DNA of 64,000 nt from Octopus vulgaris (Eukaryota), in NCBI GenBank assembly GCA_951406725.2, contig OX597822.1, positions 48,236,001-48,300,000 of the forward strand, written 5' to 3'. This document shows positions 56,464-64,000 of this stretch, in pieces. A program made the position numbers and the translations under genes. The notes under the pieces were generated by a model. The model saw only the letters and a list, made by a program, of their open reading frames with translations. It was not told the DNA's origin and ran no database searches. Numbering within the stretch: position 1 is the first letter of the stretch; every line of letters starts with the position of its first letter.

Positions 56464-56930
56464 TAAGGGTAGAAATTTATATTAATCAATTAAAACCAGT
56501 GGCCAAGCATATTAAACATTTTTTGACATACAAAATTTAGAGGGTTGACTACTAAAAGTGGACAGCCTGTATGCTAGATATAGTCGTCAAAATCGCCATT
56601 TTCCACGAATAATGTGTTCTCAAGAAAAAATTCGGCAAAAAACTGAAGTGTAAAAATAAGCAAGACAAATGAAAATATACGAAATAAAAAACGATTACCT
56701 TTGTACTAATTAGTTTCACTTGTTAATATTTACGTATAAGGATACGTAAACAACTGCACGATCATCAGCATAGTCTGTCGTTTCCGAAACACAATTTCCA
56801 GAACTCGATACAGGGCGCTCAACCAAAATCCAGCATGTATAAAGTTCCACAAATTATATTTATGTGTATCTTTCAAATGCCTTCACTTTGGCGCGCTGAG
56901 ATCGGAAATTACCCCGTTACCCATTACACC
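56455..56930 (-). mobile_element. Diverged relative of the 45786 palindrome arm, with a hammerhead at 56699-56773
   Basis: Shares gtggacag..atgctagatatag.cgtcaaa.tcgccatt and tgtatctttcaaatgcc...ttggcgcgctga; CUAUG-CUGAUGA...GAAACUAAUUAGUA-CAAAG. Confidence 0.75.
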
Positions 56931-58135
56931 GAAATCGCTGGCCTTCTGCTAAAATTTGAGTTAAACAGAATCTATAATCGAAATAGTAAAGATATGCAAG
57001 ACTTCTCTCAAGTTCAACATGTGACATTATTTTTATTTACAATCCAATGATGGAGCTTCGTATCTTAGTTAGAAACCAGCTCCTTCCTTACAGAAGAGTA
57101 AATACATTTACACATGCATTACAAATAAATTCTGTAAGCGGAATAGTAAAAATATGCAAACTATGTGAATTTTCCCTCTTATTTATATCTCAACGTTTGA
57201 GCTTTGTATCTTTGTTAGAAACCAGCTCCTTCCTTACAGGAAAACTTCAAATAATTAAAAATTAGAATAGAAAGCACGTGTGTGTATATGTGTGTATCTT
57301 TGTGTGTGTGTGTGTCTGTGTCTGTCTGTCTGTGTGTGTGCGTGCGCGCGCACATATGTATATGCATATACACGTATGTATGTATTTATACGTGTATGAG
57401 CTTTTCATATTTGCCGGTTAACTTTGAGACCTTAAGATGTGACATCCGGAAGAAAAGAAGAAAATAAGCAAGAAACGGTTTTATTTGATTGCTGGCTGGT
57501 GATGAAGGAGAAGGAGGCAGTGAGGAGGAAGCAGTGAGGAGGAGGCAGTGAAGAGCGGGTGCGGAATGAGTCAGGTATTTTGCTTGAAGTTCAAAATGGC
57601 GTCTATCAAACGAATCTATTGCAATGTGTTTGAATTCACCGAAAGTATTGAAGACATATCAACTCTGCCTTTTCCCTTAGATCCGAACTTGCTGTGTAAT
57701 ACGCTTTACAACAGCGTCCGTCCTCAGAGCAGGTCGTGTCCTACAACCCGTACCGACCCCATGATCCGCTATTAAAAGTGAACTGATCAACTGCAATCAT
57801 ACACACGCACACGCACAAACACATCTCTGTCTCTTTCTTTCTCTCTCTCAATCTCTCTCTCTATTTCTATCTCTCTCTATCTCTCTATCTCTATCTCTTT
57901 CTGTCTCTATCTCTATCTCTTTCTCTTTATCTCTCTCTATCTTTCTATCTATATCTCTATCTTTCTATCTGACTCTCTCTCTTTCTTACTCTCTTTCTCT
58001 CTATATATATATATTTATATATAAATATATATATATATATATATAAATATATATATATATATCTGTCTCTTTCTTTCTCTCTCTCAATCTCTCTCTCTAT
58101 TTCTATCTCTCTCTATCTCTCTATCTCTATCTCTT

Positions 58136-58166
<31 letters not shown>

Positions 58167-58338
58167 TTCTATCTATATCTCTATCTTTCTATCTGACTCT
58201 CTCTCTTTCTTATATATATATATATATATACACACATACATATATACATACACACAAACACACGCACTCACGCATACATGTTTATACATATAGATGCGTT
58301 TGACTATCTACATTTCGTATCACTGTTTATATATATAT

Positions 58339-58420
<82 letters not shown>

Positions 58421-58549
58421 GTGTACATTTAAACACAAGAGAAAACTGCCTTCAATAGGCAGTTTTTAAACGCCAGAAGAAATAGTCAAAACGACCAAAA
58501 CCACATTTAAGAGCAATCCTCAAAAGGAATGAAAATTAAAAAACTTTTA

Positions 58550-58880
58550 TCTTCTTATCTCTATATATATATAAACGGCAAAATGTCTGCGTGTGTGTCC
58601 TTTATACAAATCCACAATTTTTCAGTTAGAGGGCACACACTTTCTATGGTCATTCAAAACCGTCCAAAGGTGTCGTGCACATCTTTACATTTCCCCAGTC
58701 ACCCCGCTAAGCCATTAAAAAATCAATAGAAGTGACTATTTTTGTGAATTTTCTATCCAAAACCCAATCAAAATGCCCGAAACTTGATATGCCAATTGAA
58801 TGCCAGCTACCTGTATGTGATTGGTTGGAGATTTGGACAGTACTCGCGTACTGACCAGCGTTGCCGGGTCATAGTGCTAG
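58550..58880 (+). mobile_element. Non-autonomous Helitron
   Basis: 5' tctatatatatataaa; 3' hairpin tgacc...gggtca followed by CTAG (58877-58880) and T. Confidence 0.7.
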
Positions 58881-59094
58881 TTTTAAATAAAATAAAATAA
58901 GGTAAAACAAGGTAAAAGTTTTTATTTTTCATTCCTTTTGAAGATTGCTCTTAAAATGTTGTCTATTGAATTTTTATACATGCTAGGCCACTGGTAGTGA
59001 AATTTCTAAAAATCACTCACTACCCTATATTTTACTCATATATACTCATATATATATATATATATACCACGCACGCACACACACACACACTAAC

Positions 59095-59223
59095 ATATAT
59101 TGCTTTAGGCGTTCTCCTGCATGAAGTCGTAATGGCGCCACTGTAACACGCGGTGGACTTGGACATATTTTTCGGCCTGGCGTGACCCAATCCTCTCCAG
59201 ATCTGTCGACAATGGATTTATTT
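59095..59223 (-). CDS. Candidate exon of an unidentified gene
   Basis: Long pyrimidine tract ending ttttctctcttcag; 129-nt GC-richer body open in one frame (NKSIVDRSGEDWVTPGRKICPSPPRVTVAPLRLHAGERLKQY); donor-like AT|GTTAGT. Confidence 0.4.
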
Positions 59224-59324
59224 CTGAAGAGAGAAAATCAGACAAGCACAAAAGTGAAAGAAAGACAAAAAAATCTCTAAACCCCACCCACCACCACAAC
59301 CACCACACACACACTCCTCAGTAC

Positions 59325-59470
59325 AGAACTGGTACTTGATTTAATCGACTTCGAAAGACTAAAAGACTAAGTAAATCTCGGCGGGATTTGATCCCAGTGA
59401 ACCGTTGATAGCAGGAATGATTCATATAAAGTGGTGTCAATCAAATGCGCTAGCCACTCTGCTACCCTAC
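59325..59470 (-). mobile_element. Diverged SINE family B fragment
   Basis: actggtacttgatttaatcgacttcgaaag...ctcggcgggatttga. Confidence 0.6.
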
Positions 59471-59503
59471 CACCTTTTGATACAGGCATGCATATATACA
59501 TGC

Positions 59504-59572
<69 letters not shown>

Positions 59573-59615
59573 CATGCATATACATATATATATATACAAA
59601 TTTATACATATGTAT

Positions 59616-59715
59616 NNNNNNNNNNNNNNNNNNNNNNNNNNNNNNNNNNNNNNNNNNNNNNNNNNNNNNNNNNNNNNNNNNNNNNNNNNNNNNNNNNNNN
59701 NNNNNNNNNNNNNNN
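59616..59715. other. Assembly gap (100 N)
   Basis: Run of N. Confidence 1.
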
Positions 59716-60071
59716 TTGCTGTATGAGCCGAAACTCGTGCGAATTTTTGTCTTGAAGTACGAACGGAAGAAAATCCACAGTACGAGCGCACAAAGGGTCC
59801 CATCTTTAAGGTAATTTAGTTAATATTTCAGTAATTCAGTTTACATTTTTCTTTTGCATTCTTATTTTTATGATTGTCATTTTACTTGTAACTACACCTT
59901 TTCTGTTTTAAAACCCATAAAAAATATTTTTTTGAGTGGTTTGGGTGGGTGGAACGGATTAATTATATTTTAGTTAATTTCAATGGAGAAAATTGATTTG
60001 CAAAACGAATAAATTGTAAGATGAGCTTGGTCATGGAACGAATTAAACTCGTATTGCGAGGTATCACTGTA
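59716..60071. mobile_element. Right part of a Tigger/pogo-type MITE
   Basis: ggaacggattaatt...ttcaatggaga...ggaacgaattaaactcgtattgcgaggtatcactg-ta. Confidence 0.7.
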
Positions 60072-60205
60072 GCAGTCGAGCACTGGGTTTGATTTAAACG
60101 ATTTATCACTTCCCCGAAATTTTAGGCTTTATGCCTTTAGTAGAAAGGATTGTTGTTGTTGTTGTTGTTGTTGTTCTTCTTCTTCTTCTTCTTCTTCTTC
60201 TTCTT

Positions 60206-60236
<31 letters not shown>

Positions 60237-60437
60237 TTATTATTATTATTATTATTGCTACATTTTTCACCGACCATAACTGCTTAACTTCCCAAGCTAA
60301 CCTGTCATATCGCTCAACTTTTCTTTCTTCCTTATCGCATACCTTGTCAGCTGGGCATGCTATATCTATGATCCAGCATAGTTTGTTTCCTTTTAATAAT
60401 AATAATAATAATAATAATAATGATTATAATAATAATG

Positions 60438-60469
<32 letters not shown>

Positions 60470-60524
60470 TGCAGCGTGGAAGGTGTTTATAAGCCATTTA
60501 AGAAACACAGATGCAGCACGAAGT

Positions 60525-60575
60525 TTTGTCAGTGAACAGGTCGCGGTCTCAAAGCGACGAAAATATTTTGATAAA
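60525..60575 (+). ncRNA. Type I hammerhead with G3-C8 core variant
   Basis: UUUGUCA-GUGAACA-G-GUCGC(9 nt)GCGAC-GAAA-AUAU-UU-UGAUAAA. Confidence 0.7.
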
Positions 60576-60717
60576 TTAAATTTAAATGTTGAAGTGAATC
60601 TAACGGTTTTTGTGTGTTTCTTAAATGGCTTATAAACACCTTCCACGCTGCAATTGTTTTCGTTCCAGCACACGATCTCAGATCAAGTCACTCGCTATGC
60701 AAGTACATCTCCGTAAC

Positions 60718-60789
<72 letters not shown>

Positions 60790-60816
60790 TTTTAAAAAAC
60801 TATACAAAGAAAACAA

Positions 60817-60891
<75 letters not shown>

Positions 60892-60892
60892 G

Positions 60893-61108
60893 AAGGCGGT
60901 GAGCTAGCAGAATCGTTAGCGCGCTGGACGAAATGTTTAGCAATATTTCTCACGTTGCTACGTTCTGAGTTCAAGTTCCGCCAAGGTCAATTTTGCCTTT
61001 CATTCTTTCGGGGTCGATAAAATAAGTACCAGTTACGCACTAGGGTCGATGTATTCGACTCATCCCCTCCTCCGAAATTGCTGGCCTTGTACCAAAATTA
61101 GAAACCAA
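60893..61108 (+). mobile_element. SINE family B, full copy
   Basis: ggcggtgagctagcagaatcgttagc...ccaaaattagaaacc. Confidence 0.88.
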
Positions 61109-61390
61109 TAAACTATACTAGAATATACACAAACGTAACATAATACAGCCACTCCCTACTGCTTCCATCACCTGTGCTTTAGTCTTGGCTACCACCACAA
61201 CCATGGCCACCACCAACAACAGCATTACCTTCAACTACCACTACTGCTGCCACCGCCACTCCCAGTCGTCACCAACTCCCCTCTCATCATACCACTACCA
61301 GCGCTACCACCACCACCACCACCACTACAACTATCAGACCCATTACTACGGCCACCAGAACCATTACCATCACTAGCAAAATTGCTGCTG

Positions 61391-61424
<34 letters not shown>

Positions 61425-61752
61425 TACTACTACTACTGTCTCCACGCCTCCATCACCGCTTCAACTACCACTACTACAATCCGTACTACAGTTACTCGCC
61501 CCCCACCCCCCCCAGCACCACCACAACCTCCACCATCGCCACCCTGAACACCAGCAGCAGCAGCGCCGCCGTCACCACAACCGCCACCACCATTACCGCA
61601 ACACCAACATAAAATCCTCCTTTGAACCATAATTACAACTGGTGAACTAATCATTGTAATTCACCCAAATAATTAGTGTCAGTAAAAGGTGGGGCGGGGT
61701 GGGGTGATGATTGTGTTTTTGTGGTCGCGTGTGATGATGAGGTGTGTGTGTT

Positions 61753-61796
<44 letters not shown>

Positions 61797-62576
61797 GTGG
61801 CTGCCTTTGAGTATGTGTGCGTGTGTGGCTGTGCCTGTGTGTGCACATGGATGCGTGTGTTTATGTGGTCTTGCATGTGGTCGTGTATGTGGAAATGTGG
61901 TGTGTGTGTGTGTGTGTGTCTTGTATGAGTGTGTATTTGTGAATGTGTGTGATGTTTATGATTGTCTACGTTTAATGTGTGTGTTTATGTGGTCGCATGT
62001 GTAAGCGATAAAGTGTGTGTGTGTGAGTGTGCGTGGGTGTGTGTCTGTGTGTGTGACGGTATATGTTTGATCGTCTGCGTTTCTGTGTGTGTGTGTGTGT
62101 GTCGCCTGTAAGTGGGACAATGTATATGTTTGTATGTGTGTGTGTGTGTGTGTGTACGATGGCCAGAGTGTATGTATTTCTGACGTGTAAGGGCGGTGAT
62201 GAGGTGTGTTATGTATGTCTGTATGTTTGTGTATGTGATATAAGTTGTATGTTGTTGTACATACATATATACACACACATACATACACACACATACGTAT
62301 ATACATACATACGTATATACATACATACATACATATATATATATACATACATACATACATACATACATACATACAAACATACATCATACATATACACACA
62401 CACATATACATGCATGCTTGCGTACATATATCTGTGTGTGCGTGTGTGTTTTTGTTTATGTGTATGTGTGTGTAGCCACCGCTGTTTTCCTCTGTCCTAC
62501 TGACCGCCTCTTTCTCTCTTTTTCTTTCTCCCTCTCTCCGTCTCTCTCTCTCCCTCACTCTATATGTACATATATA

Positions 62577-62634
<58 letters not shown>

Positions 62635-63276
62635 CATACATATATATATACTTATGTATATGTGTACATATATATACATATATATATGTGTGTATATATA
62701 TATATATATGTATATATACATACATATATATATATATATATACATATATATGACACACAAGCACACATATATATGTATGAAATATATGTATGTATATATA
62801 TATATATATACACACACATACAAAAACACTCACACACACACATGTATGTGTATGTGTGAGGAAGAGCGAGGCCTTATATGTATATAGTAAAGATATGTCA
62901 ACTAAATATATATACATACATATATTTACGCATATATAAGTATGTGTCTATACACACACATATTTATATAATACATGTATGTGTATAAACGTGTGCATGT
63001 GTGTGTTTGTGTGTGCACGCGTATATGTGTTTGTGCTTGCGCGTGTGTGTGTGTAAAGGTGGTGTTTATGATCTCCAATGAATGTCGGCAATAGATGAAA
63101 GGGTAGGAAGGTCGGGTCAGTTACGTTGCCTAATGAGCTGGCTTGCTACTTGAACCATATTCCGGCAGAACGGAACCTCCTGCTGGTCAGTGTTGTCGGG
63201 GAGAGGGTGCTGGGCACTGAGACAACACACGTTTCGCCGTTCCAACCTATACGTAAAATTACCTGCACACACACAC

Positions 63277-63359
<83 letters not shown>

Positions 63360-63374
63360 TGCAGGCCTAAAAGT

Positions 63375-63550
63375 AGTACTCCGTCGATTGCGACGAGGAG
63401 CATTCCAGTTGATCCGATCAAAGGAACGGCTTGCTCGTGAAATTAACGTGCAAGTGGCCGAGCATTCCACAGATACGTGTGTCCTAAACATAGTTCTCAG
63501 GGAGAATCAGCGTGACACAGAGTGTGACAAGGCTGGCCTTTTTCAATTAC
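63375..63550 (-). mobile_element. SINE family C, 3' part
   Basis: actccgtcgattgcgacgaggagcattccagttgatccgatc. Confidence 0.82.
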
Positions 63551-63566
63551 ACAATGTGTGTGTGTG

Positions 63567-63639
<73 letters not shown>

Positions 63640-63924
63640 TTTAAGAATAAATGTTTTATATATAAAGAACGTGAAATACAGGAAGGGACAAACACAGAAC
63701 ACAGACAAATCATTCGAAGCCTTCAATCTTCAGTCAGACACCGAATCATCATAGCAAATTTCGGCTGTTCAATTCTGATATTTGCTCCAACTCGGCCAGC
63801 CCCAAGAAAAAAAACTAAGCTGTAAGCATTAGATTTCTTGGTAGAAGACAAGAATGTAAACGCACGAGACGGATGTAAATACGAAGGCGAAATATATATA
63901 TATACACATAAATTATATATACAC

Positions 63925-64000
63925 GACAGGCTTCTTCCAGTTCCCGCCTGCCAAATCCACTCCCAAGGTTTTGGTCGGCCTGAGGCTAGAGTAGAAGACA
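63925..64000 (-). mobile_element. SINE family A fragment (runs off the window)
   Basis: ccaaatccactcccaaggttttggtcggcctgaggctagagtagaagaca. Confidence 0.8.

Noticed and set aside
57820-58210. Duplicated CT-rich block
   Set aside because: Simple low-complexity duplication or assembly artefact with no functional signal.

Overview
Eukaryotic, repeat-saturated genomic DNA. The SINE families and very high microsatellite density point to an octopus (coleoid cephalopod), which is an inference from repeat content. No complete host gene is recognisable; there is one plausible minus-strand exon (59095-59223). The window holds decayed transposons: R4/Dong-type RLE LINEs embedded in (TAA)n, two CR1-group LINEs, an RTE 3' end, mariner DD34D, maT DD37D, a Tc1-type DD36E element, Tigger/pogo MITEs and a non-autonomous Helitron. 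It also holds about 30 tRNA-derived SINE copies or fragments and a 100-N gap. Most ORFs in the track are microsatellite artefacts. The main unexplained signal is about 14 intact or near-intact type I hammerhead ribozyme motifs from about 9 unrelated sequence families, almost all in short non-coding elements within (TA)n/(TAA)n tracts and most with palindromic helix III. Notable cases are a hammerhead at the apex of a ~290-nt rod-like hairpin, a tRNA-headed SINE-like element carrying a hammerhead, a ~770-bp palindrome with two outward-facing hammerheads, and a G3-C8 compensatory core variant. All folds were read by eye and are untested.
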